A DNA stretch of 64,000 nucleotides from Gemmatimonadota bacterium (GCA_028877215.1 JAPPFJ010000025.1:146233-210232), one strand, 5' to 3'; numbered from the stretch's first letter, positions 17,479-26,244 are shown. Numbers and translations are program-made. Notes: generated from the letters alone by a model not told the origin.

Positions 17479-18768
17479 ATGGATACGAAATCACAGTCAA
17501 AGCCGGGGCATTGCGAGGATAATCCGGACGGGAGTCGGGGTCGCCGGCCGACCGGGCCGGACAATGACCCGTCCGGCCTGCTTTCCGGCGACAGGCCGTT
17601 TTTTCGCATGGCGATTCTGTTGTTTCTGGTGGGCTTCCTCTTTGTGCTCCATCAGGATCTCTCCCCCTTCCTGATCGGCCTCACCCTGCTGGCCATCCTT
17701 GTCATGGTCCAAAAGGGGATTAGGTTCGAAGCCGGCGTGGGGGTTGTTGTGGTCCTGCTGTTCGGCGCTTGGCTGATGGGAGATATGGCCGGGTTGTTCT
17801 GGCCGTTTGTGACCTCGTTCGTGTTGGCCTATCTGGTGTCGCCGCTTGTGGGTCTGATGGAACGCTGGATGTCGCGCACAATCGCCATCGCCCTGATCGT
17901 AGTCGTAATATTGGGGGCGTTGTCAGGGATCGGCATCGTGGTCATTCCTCTGGTCACACAGGAAATTCTCGATTTCGGGCGGCGCATTCCCGTCTATGCG
18001 GCGATGCTGAAGCAATTCTACGATCAGATATTCAACTGGCTGCAGTCGATCGGCGTGAACCTGCCGAAGGGACAGATACAACAGCTGCTTCTGGAGCGCT
18101 TGCCGAAGCTGGGTGAACTCTTCGCGGAACAGACAACCGCGGCCCTGAAGGGATTGGGCTCCGGGTTGGCAACGCTGCTGAATTTTCTGATGATCCCTTT
18201 TGTGACCTTCTACATGATCAAGGACTACGACCGCATTGTCAGGACCGTCGCTCGCGTCCTTCCGCGCCGGCACGCGGCGTCCATCGGGGAATTCCTGGCG
18301 CGGGTGGACGAGATTCTGGGTCAATATCTCCGCGGGCAGATGCTGGTCTGCACCTTTATTGCGGTGCTCACCGCCACCGGCCTCATGCTGTTCGGGATCC
18401 GATACGCGGTTCTGCTGGGACTCATGGCCGGGCTCTTCAACCTGATTCCATACATAGGAATCGCGGTCGCACTCAGCGTCGCGTGCCTCGTCGCGTTATT
18501 GGATGCTGACCCGGCCGGCAGCCTGCTCAAGGTCATCGGCGTATTCGTTGTCGTTCAAAGTATCGAGGGCAATTTTCTGTCACCCCGCGTCGTGGGTCAG
18601 CGCGTCGGTCTGCATCCGGTCTGGGTGATGTTCGCGCTGGTTGTCGGCGCCCATTTCTGGGGTTTCATCGGCATGCTCATTGCAATCCCGGTTGCGGCCG
18701 TCGTCAATATCCTGTGCAAAGTCATCGCGGAACGTTACTATAATTCTCTTTACTACAAGACCGAATGA
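17479..18768 (+). CDS. AI-2E family transporter (PerM/YhhT-like, UPF0118)
   Basis: 429 aa multi-TM ORF with EGNFLSPRVVGQRVGLHPVWVMFA..GFIGMLIAIPV, typical of this family. An alternative ATG lies at 17608. Confidence 0.8.
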   Translation: MDTKSQSKPGHCEDNPDGSRGRRPTGPDNDPSGLLSGDRPFFRMAILLFLVGFLFVLHQDLSPFLIGLTLLAILVMVQKGIRFEAGVGVVVVLLFGAWLMGDMAGLFWPFVTSFVLAYLVSPLVGLMERWMSRTIAIALIVVVILGALSGIGIVVIPLVTQEILDFGRRIPVYAAMLKQFYDQIFNWLQSIGVNLPKGQIQQLLLERLPKLGELFAEQTTAALKGLGSGLATLLNFLMIPFVTFYMIKDYDRIVRTVARVLPRRHAASIGEFLARVDEILGQYLRGQMLVCTFIAVLTATGLMLFGIRYAVLLGLMAGLFNLIPYIGIAVALSVACLVALLDADPAGSLLKVIGVFVVVQSIEGNFLSPRVVGQRVGLHPVWVMFALVVGAHFWGFIGMLIAIPVAAVVNILCKVIAERYYNSLYYKTE

Positions 18769-18852
18769 AAAGAACGCTCGACCGGTATTTCGTTGAAATA
18801 AAGGCACGAGGGCGGTTTTGGGGAGCGCGGGTCTCCGAGGACGACATTTCCC

Positions 18853-18881
18853 TTGACGCCGATGGCAAGACCCGTTAGTTT
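18853..18881 (+). promoter_or_regulatory. Candidate promoter for tRNA-Pro(GGG)
   Basis: TTGACG, 17-nt spacer, TAGTTT, ending about 27 nt upstream of the tRNA. Confidence 0.4.
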
Positions 18882-18907
18882 TTCCCCGGCAATTAAAGAG
18901 TTGGGTT

Positions 18908-18984
18908 CGGAGCGTGGCGCAGCCCGGTAGCGCACTATCTTGGGGTGATAGGGGTCGCTGGTTCAAATCCAGTCGCTCCGACCA
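18908..18984 (+). tRNA. tRNA-Pro (anticodon GGG), CCA encoded
   Basis: Hand-folded. Acceptor CGGAGCG/CGCTCCG, anticodon arm CTATC-TTGGGGT-GATAG, T arm GCTGG-TTCAAAT-CCAGT. Confidence 0.9.
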
Positions 18985-18990
18985 TACAGA

Positions 18991-19028
18991 CAGGGACTTA
19001 CGACGTGGATCGTGAGTCCCTGTTTTTC
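18991..19028 (+). terminator. Rho-independent terminator after tRNA-Pro(GGG)
   Basis: 13-bp stem CAGGGACTTACGA/TCGTGAGTCCCTG (one G:U pair), 6-nt loop, then TTTTTC. Confidence 0.75.
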
Positions 19029-19151
19029 GAGTGGCGGTCCACAGGGTCACGCCCGGTTTCGGTGGCGAAACGGCCGGTACGGGTTTCGATACCGCCGGTC
19101 GCCGCAACGTTGCCACCGAAATACTTCCGAGGTCGGGAATGCGTGGCGGAA

Positions 19152-20081
19152 ATGGAGCCTGAAATCGTGCGGCGGGGTTGGAAGGCGTACACGGGCCTCG
19201 GCCTGCGAGGTGTCTGCATGGGCGCGGCGGACGTGGTTCCCGGCGTATCCGGCGGAACAATCGCGTTTGTTACGGGAATCTATGAGGAACTGATCCATTC
19301 CATCCGTTCCTTCGATCGCCGCTTCGCCGGATTGCTGGTGGTCCTCAGATTCAGGGAGGCGCTGAACAGGGTGCCGTGGCGGTTTCTGGGAACCGTTTTC
19401 GCCGGCATTCTGCTGGCTGTGGTGACCCTGGCCAGTGGCATTCAGTGGATGCTCCAACATGAACCGGAATTGATCTGGGCGTTTTTCTTCGGACTGGTTG
19501 CGGCGTCCGTCTTCGTCGTACGGAAACGAGTGGTCGCCTGGCGCGGACCCGCCTGGATTGCTGCGCTCGCTTCCGGATTGCTGTTCTATGTTGTCGTCGG
19601 CATGGTACCGGTGAAGACCCCGGATTCGCCCTGGTTCCTTTTCATCTGTGGCGTCGTTGCCATATCGGCGATGATTCTGCCGGGTATCTCCGGTTCGTTT
19701 ATTCTGGTGCTGTTGGGCAAGTACGAGTATCTCCTGGCGGCATTGAACGACCGGGAGCTTTTCCCCATCTTCCTGTTCGTCTCGGGCGCCGCCGTCGGGA
19801 TCCTCAGTTCTGCGCGGGTTCTGGCATGGATTTTCAAACGGCACCACGACGTTACCGTAGCCGCGTTGACCGGGTTAATGGCCGGTTCCTTAAGGAAAGT
19901 CTGGCCGTGGAAAACGGACGTATCATCGCCTCTCGAATCGTGCGGCGCCGAGGTCCCGATAATGCAAATCAACGTGCTGCCCGGGACAATTGACGGGGAT
20001 CTGGCCGCCGCCATCGGGCTGGCGGCAGCGGGTTTCGCAATGGTGGTTGTACTGGAGCGGCTGTCTGAAAGCCGCCGTTGA
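19152..20081 (+). CDS. DUF368-family integral membrane protein
   Basis: ORF 18945..20081, but its first 70 codons overlap the tRNA and terminator. The ATG at 19152 gives MEPEIV..GAADVVPGVSGGTIAFVTGIYEELI, plus a second PGISGSFILVLLG repeat, which is the DUF368 hallmark. Confidence 0.8.
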   Translation: MEPEIVRRGWKAYTGLGLRGVCMGAADVVPGVSGGTIAFVTGIYEELIHSIRSFDRRFAGLLVVLRFREALNRVPWRFLGTVFAGILLAVVTLASGIQWMLQHEPELIWAFFFGLVAASVFVVRKRVVAWRGPAWIAALASGLLFYVVVGMVPVKTPDSPWFLFICGVVAISAMILPGISGSFILVLLGKYEYLLAALNDRELFPIFLFVSGAAVGILSSARVLAWIFKRHHDVTVAALTGLMAGSLRKVWPWKTDVSSPLESCGAEVPIMQINVLPGTIDGDLAAAIGLAAAGFAMVVVLERLSESRR

Positions 20082-20176
20082 AAGGCACCCGCGGCGCTTG
20101 TGGGTTCCGCCCGGAAATGTCGCGGTCGACGACTTCCGGGCCCAGCGCTCCGCGTTTGCCAATTCGGAGATTTTCC

Positions 20177-20204
20177 TTGCTACCGGTACGGTTTCTTGTA
20201 TTTT
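20177..20204 (+). promoter_or_regulatory. Candidate promoter for tRNA-Pro(CGG)
   Basis: TTGCTA, 16-nt spacer, TATTTT, ending 13 nt upstream of the tRNA. Confidence 0.4.
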
Positions 20205-20216
20205 AGGAGTCGAATT

Positions 20217-20293
20217 CGGGGCGTGGCTCAGTCCGGTAGAGCGCCTGCTTCGGGAGCAGGAGGCCCCCGGTTCGAATCCGGGCGCCCCGACCA
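20217..20293 (+). tRNA. tRNA-Pro (anticodon CGG), CCA encoded
   Basis: Hand-folded. Acceptor CGGGGCG/CGCCCCG, anticodon arm CCTGC-TTCGGGA-GCAGG, T arm CCCGG-TTCGAAT-CCGGG. Confidence 0.9.
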
Positions 20294-20299
20294 TTATTT

Positions 20300-20337
20300 C
20301 AAGGGTTTATGCCAATCTGGCGTAAACCCTTGTTTCG
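20300..20337 (+). terminator. Rho-independent terminator after tRNA-Pro(CGG)
   Basis: Perfect 10-bp stem CAAGGGTTTA/TAAACCCTTG with a 13-nt loop, followed by TTTCG. Confidence 0.65.
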
Positions 20338-20649
20338 TGAATATCTGCGCATATATTGAAATAGACGGCGCGTCGTCGAACTCGCAACGCGGGCGAACGC
20401 AGAATGAAAGACGGAGCGGGATATGAACAACGACATTTGCAATGAGAACTTCCTGGCCACGGAAGGGTTGGCCATGCTCTGGGAGTTGACGTCGCAACCG
20501 GACAATATCGTCTTCCACAGCCCTGACGCCGATCTGGACGGGATGGCCTATTTCGAATCGGAATACCGTTGGCCGGCCGTGAACCAGCAGTCACAGGTCC
20601 ATACCAGGCAATCTGATATGGACCTGAAGCCCAGACAAGGGGTCGCGAA

Positions 20650-22515
20650 ATGTTACAGTGGACGGTTTTCGTATGCTCGCTGATATGCGTGCTGTTGGTC
20701 ACGATGCCGCTCAAGGGTTACGCCGGGACCGTTCCGAAGAAGCTGGTCAAGATGGGGTGGGACCTTAGGCCGCCGAGCTACGTGGCGGAGCATATCCGGG
20801 AGATGGAGGAACGCCCTTTCGACGGGATCTTTATCCGCCCGACCTTCGGCCATACGTTCTACATGGTGGATCTGGACGACACGGCCGCCGAGGCGGAGAT
20901 CGAAGCAATGGGAAGGATCCAGTGGCGGAAATTCACCGACAATTTCATCTACTTCCACTGCGACGACAACGTGGACTGGTTCGACGATTCGCTGTGGGGC
21001 GAGAACAGCCCGTTCCTGCGAAATATCGGCTGGTGCGCGAAGGCCGCGCGTGTCGGAGGCTGTGTGGGCCTCGCTTTCGATCCGGAGTTCGTTTACTGGG
21101 GACGGCCGTATTGCGCGTGGAAATATGAGTGGCAGAAGCACCGGGAGGAGAAGAGCTTCGCCGAGTACGAGCGGATCGTGCGGAAACGGGGCGCGCAGTA
21201 TATGGACCGGATCCAGGAGGAATTCCCCGATCCAGTGATTCTCACCCTTTTCTGGACGTCGATGCATCGTTTTCAGGAGGCCGCGCTGGAGACCGACCCG
21301 TCCAGGAGGGAAGCCATTCTCATGTCCGACTACTATGGCCTCCTGCCCGCGTTCATGACGGGCATGCTCGAGGCCGCCGGCCCGGGAACCATAATCGTGG
21401 ACGGGGACGAGCACTCTTATTACAACAACAACGAACTGCATTATTTCCGGACCTACCACAACATCCACCAGACGGGCCAGGCTTTGATTCCCCCGGAGCT
21501 TCGCGGCAAATACCGCCGGCAGGTTCAGGCAGGGCACGCCGTTTACGGGGACTATCTTTGCGGCACCATGGCCACCCATACCGAAGCGACCTACGTCACA
21601 CCGGAGGAACGGGCGCGTTGGGTGGAACACAATACTTACTGGGCGCTCAAGAGCAGTGACCGGTACGTGTGGTTCTACAGCGAACGCATGGACTGGTGGA
21701 ACGGACGAAACCTGCCCGGCTATCTGGAAAGCGCCCTCAGGTCTGCAAAGGAGAAAATCGCGCGGGGAAGGCCTCTGGGTTTCGACGTGGACGAGATTGC
21801 CCGCAAGGGCCACCTGGGGAAGGTACGGGCAGAGGAACGGCCGATTCAACCGAAGACGTTGCGGGTTCCCCGCCTGCGCGCCGCTGCGCCAGACATCGAT
21901 GGGGATTTGACGGACGAAGCCTGGAAAGAGGCGGTGTTTTCGGGATCCTTTGTCAACTACGTCGCGGCCCGGGCGAAACGGCTGGAGACGGTTACCGAGG
22001 CGCTCATGACGTACGATGATACATCGCTTTACGTTGCTTTTCGCTGTAATGAACCCGAGATGGATAAGACCCACCCGACCATGTTTACCGATCTGGGCGG
22101 TCGGGCCGATCAGGTGGAGGTGGCCGTCGCCGCCGACGAGGGGATAGCGGCCTATTTTCATATCCGGCTGGATCTCTCGAATGCGCGCTGGGACTCGCGG
22201 ACCGGGACGGGACGAAGTGAACACGGCAGCGATATTGTCACCGGACGGGAGGTCTACGGTCGTGATTCCTCGTGGTCGGGGGAATATCGAACGGCTACCC
22301 GGAAGGAAGCGGATTCCTGGTCGGCTGAACTCGCCATTCCCTGGCCGACGTTGGGTATGGACTCGCCGAAGCCGGGCGACCGTCTCATGGGAAACCTGCA
22401 CCGGTGGACCCACCGACGCCCCGCGACCGGCGTGCTCGAGTTCAGCACGTGGTCGGAGACCCGCTACAACCGTGGCGTGGAGTTCGAAAACTTCGGCACG
22501 TGGTTATTTGAATAG
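20650..22515 (+). CDS. Secreted protein of unknown function with a C-terminal CBM9/DOMON-like carbohydrate-binding module
   Basis: 621 aa. Signal peptide MLQWTVFVCSLICVLLVTMPLKGYA. I do not recognise the N-terminal ~400 aa. The C-terminus (PDIDGDLTDEAWKEA..SLYVAFRCNEPEM..WSAELAIPW) resembles the CBM9-like fold. Confidence 0.6.
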   Translation: MLQWTVFVCSLICVLLVTMPLKGYAGTVPKKLVKMGWDLRPPSYVAEHIREMEERPFDGIFIRPTFGHTFYMVDLDDTAAEAEIEAMGRIQWRKFTDNFIYFHCDDNVDWFDDSLWGENSPFLRNIGWCAKAARVGGCVGLAFDPEFVYWGRPYCAWKYEWQKHREEKSFAEYERIVRKRGAQYMDRIQEEFPDPVILTLFWTSMHRFQEAALETDPSRREAILMSDYYGLLPAFMTGMLEAAGPGTIIVDGDEHSYYNNNELHYFRTYHNIHQTGQALIPPELRGKYRRQVQAGHAVYGDYLCGTMATHTEATYVTPEERARWVEHNTYWALKSSDRYVWFYSERMDWWNGRNLPGYLESALRSAKEKIARGRPLGFDVDEIARKGHLGKVRAEERPIQPKTLRVPRLRAAAPDIDGDLTDEAWKEAVFSGSFVNYVAARAKRLETVTEALMTYDDTSLYVAFRCNEPEMDKTHPTMFTDLGGRADQVEVAVAADEGIAAYFHIRLDLSNARWDSRTGTGRSEHGSDIVTGREVYGRDSSWSGEYRTATRKEADSWSAELAIPWPTLGMDSPKPGDRLMGNLHRWTHRRPATGVLEFSTWSETRYNRGVEFENFGTWLFE

Positions 22516-22604
22516 TGGCGATTGGGTTTACGTCAACCCTCGATGGCACGTCAGCGGTCCTGCGCGGTCGCGGAGGAATGACATGAACCGACTGGAAGGA
22601 CGAT

Positions 22605-22850
22605 TTGCCGCCTGTTGCGGTGCGGAAGAGCGACCGTGTGCTGTTGGCCAGCGATGGATTGATGACGCTGACGGAGGAGCAGATCGCGCGCATCCTGCGG
22701 GAAATGAACGACACGCCCCTGGATAACGCAGTTGATTCGCTAATGAAGGCCGTCGAAGCGGCCGGCGACCCGTATCAGGACAATACAACCGTGTTGCTCT
22801 ACGTTCCGGAAGCCGATAGCGGGGAGGATACGACCCTCGATTCCGCCTGA
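22605..22850 (+). pseudogene. Remnant of a PP2C-family Ser/Thr phosphatase (C-terminal ~80 residues only)
   Basis: The translation DRVLLASDGLMTLTEEQIARIL...AGDPYQDNTTVLLYV matches only the last two PP2C motifs (xxCSDGL and DN.T.). An in-frame TGA at 22584 and the preceding gene's stop at 22515 leave no room for the catalytic N-terminal part. Confidence 0.55.
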
Positions 22851-22886
22851 ACCAGCGAGGCATCGTCATGAAATGCCGGAATTCAC

Positions 22887-22920
22887 TTGACAAGACAGAT
22901 ATTTGTCTGTTTTTTAATAA
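22887..22920 (+). promoter_or_regulatory. Candidate lexA promoter with an overlapping palindrome (possible LexA operator)
   Basis: TTGACA at 22887-22892 is immediately followed by AGACAGATATTTGTCT (22893-22908; arms AGACA/TGTCT, 6-nt spacer), a T-run and TAATAA. It lies 54-87 nt upstream of the lexA ATG. Confidence 0.4.
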
Positions 22921-22973
22921 TTGGTTCGTTTCGGTCGTCAGGTTTTGTCGTGGACCGTGTTCAGGAGTGAAAG

Positions 22974-23591
22974 ATGGCCTATACGCCGCCCGGGCAGACG
23001 CGTGAGAAAATCTATGAGTTTGTAAGGGAGCGGATCCTGAATGGAACCCCGCCCAGCACGCGGGAGGTGCAGAAGGCGTTCGGATTCCGGGCGGTTCAAT
23101 CGGCCCGGCAGCATTTGGAGGCGCTTGTCCTGGAGGGCAGGCTGGTCAAGGACTCAGGTAAGGCCAGGTCGCACCGGCTGCCGAAGATGGGCAGTATGGG
23201 TTCCTCTCATCTGATACCAGTGCTGGGGCGGGTCCAGGCCGGAGACCTGACTGCGGCCATTCAGAATCCGGATGACTACCTCCCGGTCCAGCAGACCCGA
23301 TACGACGGCGCGGAACTCTTCGCCCTCACGGTACAGGGGGACAGCATGCTCAGGGCGGGAATCCTGCACGGCGACACCGTGATTGTTCGTCGACAGCAGG
23401 CTGCAAGGCCGGGAGATATCGTCGTCGCAATGGTTGGCGAGGAGGCGACGGTCAAGAGATACCGGGAGAAGCGCGGCCGCATCGAACTGCACCCGGAGAA
23501 CGAAGCCTTCGAATCCATTATTCCTCGTGAAGACGGAGATCCGTTTTCGATCCTGGGAAAGGTTATTGAGGTTCGCAGATATATAGAGTAA
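22974..23591 (+). CDS. lexA: LexA repressor (S24 peptidase)
   Basis: 205 aa. N-terminal winged helix (REVQKAFGFRAVQSARQHLEAL), cleavage-site region VLGRVQAGD, catalytic VQGDSML and ..ATVKRY. Confidence 0.9.
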   Translation: MAYTPPGQTREKIYEFVRERILNGTPPSTREVQKAFGFRAVQSARQHLEALVLEGRLVKDSGKARSHRLPKMGSMGSSHLIPVLGRVQAGDLTAAIQNPDDYLPVQQTRYDGAELFALTVQGDSMLRAGILHGDTVIVRRQQAARPGDIVVAMVGEEATVKRYREKRGRIELHPENEAFESIIPREDGDPFSILGKVIEVRRYIE

Positions 23592-23705
23592 AACATGAAA
23601 AATTCGTGGTATATAACGGTGTAACAGTAACTTAAATTTATAGACATTGAATCTATACGGGTCGACGCTGGAGATTTCATTGAAGAACTTACCAGCGCGA
23701 TCCGG

Positions 23706-25634
23706 ATGACAGGAGTGGAAATGGCATCCATCAGACGGTACGCCATACCGCACAGCAGGCTGCCCTTCATCAATGCCGAGGTGGAGCAGGTCTCGTTTCA
23801 GGGTGAAGACCATCTGGTCAGCAGTGTATGGGGCGGCAGTTCGGGAGGCAGGATCTATTTCTGGAATCCGGATTCCGGATCAAGAGGTTCGCGGAATCTT
23901 CCCGAAGGAATACCCGGCGCCTATATGTTGAGAACCGCAGCCGACGGTTGCCTCTATCTGGGCTGTGGTAACGGGGACCTGATCCGGTACGACCCTGTTG
24001 CCGATCGCTTCGAAATCCTGGTAACCGGCGAATTGAAGTCCATCACGTGGGGCGGATGCGTGACGGACCGGTATGCGGTCTGGGAGGCATCCCCTGGCGA
24101 CGTGGGGGTGTACGACTGGCGGGAGTCGCGGCTCGTCAAGGTATTTCGACCCATCGACGTGGAATACCCGACCGCCCTTTATGCACACCGTGTGGTGGAA
24201 GCACCTGATGGAAGGGTCCTCCTGGCCATAAGCGTCCCGCAGGCAAGATTCATCCTGCTGGACCCTGAAACAATGACCGCGGAATCCCATACCCCGGAAA
24301 ACTTAATGGGTGTCGGCTCGACGTCCGACACTTTCTTCTGGGATAACCGGACGTTGGCGACGTTTGCGCGTGGCGAACTTCACTTTATGTCCTATCCCGA
24401 TCTCAAACTGCAACAGAGGATTCCGGGTCCCGCGCGTGGCAACGTCGGTAGCGGCGCCTGCGTGGTCAACGGGCGGCTCTTCGCCTATAGCGCGTCAGAT
24501 GGTCACCTCTACATTCTGGATCGCGAAGCGGCGGAATGGGGCGTTGCCGCGGCGGATTGGACGGAAGGCGGACCGGCGACTATTCGTCGTTGGGGCGAGC
24601 GCTTCGTCTGCGGCGTGTCCCTGGATGGCATCGCCCTCCGGTTCGATCCGGGTACGGGAAACACGGACCGAATGGACCTGGAAAGTACCGGCCCGATGAG
24701 CGCGCACGCCCTTTGCCCCGTGCCGGAAAGGGGATTGATTTTCGGCGCCCCGTTCATCAATCAGCGGTTCTGGATGGTCAACATGGAAACCGGAGGCGGC
24801 GAGGATTTCGGGCGGGCGGCGCCGGGAGGAGGGCAGATCAACCAGATCATCTGGGAGCCGATCACCCGGCGGGTCCTCCAGAGCAGCTACACAACCTCCA
24901 GTGTGACCGCATTCGATCCCGAAGCAAGGCCGGACTGGCCCAACAACCCGTGCGTGCTGGCCAGCGCGCAGCACGAAGGCCAGATGAGACCCACGGGCCT
25001 GGTGCACGACGGCCGGTACGTCTGGATGGCTACCAGCCCCGAATACGGACATCTGGGCGGCGCGCTCAGCCGCATCGATCCGAAGACAGGCGAGATCCTG
25101 GTCTGGCGCCATCTCGTGCAGGATCAGAAGGTGAATTCCGTTCAGGTCGATTCAAACCGCCGCCGGGTCTACTGCGGAACCGAGATCTTCGCGGACGCGA
25201 ACTCCACGCCGCCCACCCAGACCACCGGCCGCCTGCTGTCATTCGATATGGACAGTCTGACGGTCGCCCGATCTCAGCCCATTACAGACGGCGAAAGCGC
25301 CGCGAGGGTGCTGGTCGTCCTGGCGTCGGGAGAGGTGCTTGCGACGCAGCGGGGGAGATTCTACGGATGGAATGCCCGGGAGGGCGATTTGCGGGATCTG
25401 GGCCCGGCGCCACCGGGATGTCGAGAGGTGGTGCTGGACGCGCCGGCAGGCCGGTTGTGGACGTCTGCCGGGGGCAAGATCGGTCATCTGGAATTCCGCG
25501 GCGATGAGGTCGAGTATATACCCGTGATTCACGAGAGTGGAGAGTTTCTCACAATCGTTGACCGTACGCTGTATTTCGCCTCCGGATTCGAGATTTGCCA
25601 GGTGAATCTGGGAGAATTGGAAAGTTCAGAGTAG
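23706..25634 (+). CDS. Large beta-propeller-like protein of unknown function
   Basis: 642 aa with no obvious signal peptide. It has repetitive strand-rich segments with recurring G..DG.LY/W-type turns. I recognise no catalytic motif. An alternative ATG lies at 23718. Confidence 0.55.
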   Translation: MTGVEMASIRRYAIPHSRLPFINAEVEQVSFQGEDHLVSSVWGGSSGGRIYFWNPDSGSRGSRNLPEGIPGAYMLRTAADGCLYLGCGNGDLIRYDPVADRFEILVTGELKSITWGGCVTDRYAVWEASPGDVGVYDWRESRLVKVFRPIDVEYPTALYAHRVVEAPDGRVLLAISVPQARFILLDPETMTAESHTPENLMGVGSTSDTFFWDNRTLATFARGELHFMSYPDLKLQQRIPGPARGNVGSGACVVNGRLFAYSASDGHLYILDREAAEWGVAAADWTEGGPATIRRWGERFVCGVSLDGIALRFDPGTGNTDRMDLESTGPMSAHALCPVPERGLIFGAPFINQRFWMVNMETGGGEDFGRAAPGGGQINQIIWEPITRRVLQSSYTTSSVTAFDPEARPDWPNNPCVLASAQHEGQMRPTGLVHDGRYVWMATSPEYGHLGGALSRIDPKTGEILVWRHLVQDQKVNSVQVDSNRRRVYCGTEIFADANSTPPTQTTGRLLSFDMDSLTVARSQPITDGESAARVLVVLASGEVLATQRGRFYGWNAREGDLRDLGPAPPGCREVVLDAPAGRLWTSAGGKIGHLEFRGDEVEYIPVIHESGEFLTIVDRTLYFASGFEICQVNLGELESSE

Positions 25635-25806
25635 AGGACTTGCAAAGCGGGGTGCAAGGGCGTATATTTGATGATCGGGAATTGACCGCCGTGTTACGAA
25701 CGCGGCTCGATCTGCTGTGTCAATTGAACACGCGGCTAAGGTATATGGCGCGTCTGAAGGACTACGCAGGCGTGATGGACTGGCGGATACGAGGAGGGAC
25801 TCGTTT

Positions 25807-26244
25807 ATGGCAATTGAGCAGATTTCGGCATCCGACGCAAAGGCGGGACTCGACGCCGAAGCCGACGCGGTTTACCTGGATGTGCGTACCGAAGCTGAAT
25901 TCGCCGCGGGCCACCCCGAGGGTGCCGTCAATATTCCGGTCGCCTTTCAAAGTCCGGCCGGCGGCATGATGCCCAACCCTGAATTTCAGGCCGTGGCGGA
26001 GCGTGTGCTGAACCGTGAGACGAAAATTTTCTGTGGCTGCCAGTCGGGTGTGCGTTCACAGTACGCGGCGGAAATGCTGGAAAATGCCGGGTATCTGAAC
26101 ATTGCAAATGTTGTCGGGGGTTTCGGCGGCAAGGTCAATCCCGGAACCGGGATGGTGGAGGTCGCCGGATGGCGGGATTCGGGGTTGCCGGTATCAACAC
26201 AGGTCACGGATCATAATTCCTACGATGGACAGAAGGGACGCTGA
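25807..26244 (+). CDS. Rhodanese-domain sulfurtransferase
   Basis: ORF 25717..26244. The ATG at 25807 is preceded by GGAGGG. YLDVRTEAEFAAGHPEGAVNIP and the active-site loop CQSGVRS are rhodanese signatures. Confidence 0.8.
   Translation: MAIEQISASDAKAGLDAEADAVYLDVRTEAEFAAGHPEGAVNIPVAFQSPAGGMMPNPEFQAVAERVLNRETKIFCGCQSGVRSQYAAEMLENAGYLNIANVVGGFGGKVNPGTGMVEVAGWRDSGLPVSTQVTDHNSYDGQKGR

Noticed and set aside
18945-19151. N-terminal 69 codons of ORF 18945..20081.
   Set aside because: This part overlaps tRNA-Pro(GGG) and its terminator. The DUF368 homology begins only after the ATG at 19152.
20423-20683. 86-aa ORF in the low-GC spacer after tRNA-Pro(CGG).
   Set aside because: - It has a weak GGAG upstream but no recognisable motif and atypical composition.
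- It overlaps the signal-peptide start of the next gene.
- I kept it only as a note inside a finding.
20217-22973. Genomic island integrated at tRNA-Pro(CGG).
   Set aside because: - By eye I found no integrase or recombinase, no direct repeat of the tRNA 3' end, and no mobility genes.
- Only compositional hints and a gene remnant support it, so I report it as a low-interest observation and not as a mobile element.
22851-22973. Canonical SOS boxes upstream of lexA (CTGT-N8-ACAG, GAAC-N4-GTTC, or GTTC-N7-GTTC).
   Set aside because: None of these is present in the lexA upstream region. Only the AGACA-N6-TGTCT palindrome is seen. An ACAG-N8-CTGT arrangement exists, but it is the inverse of the E. 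coli box.
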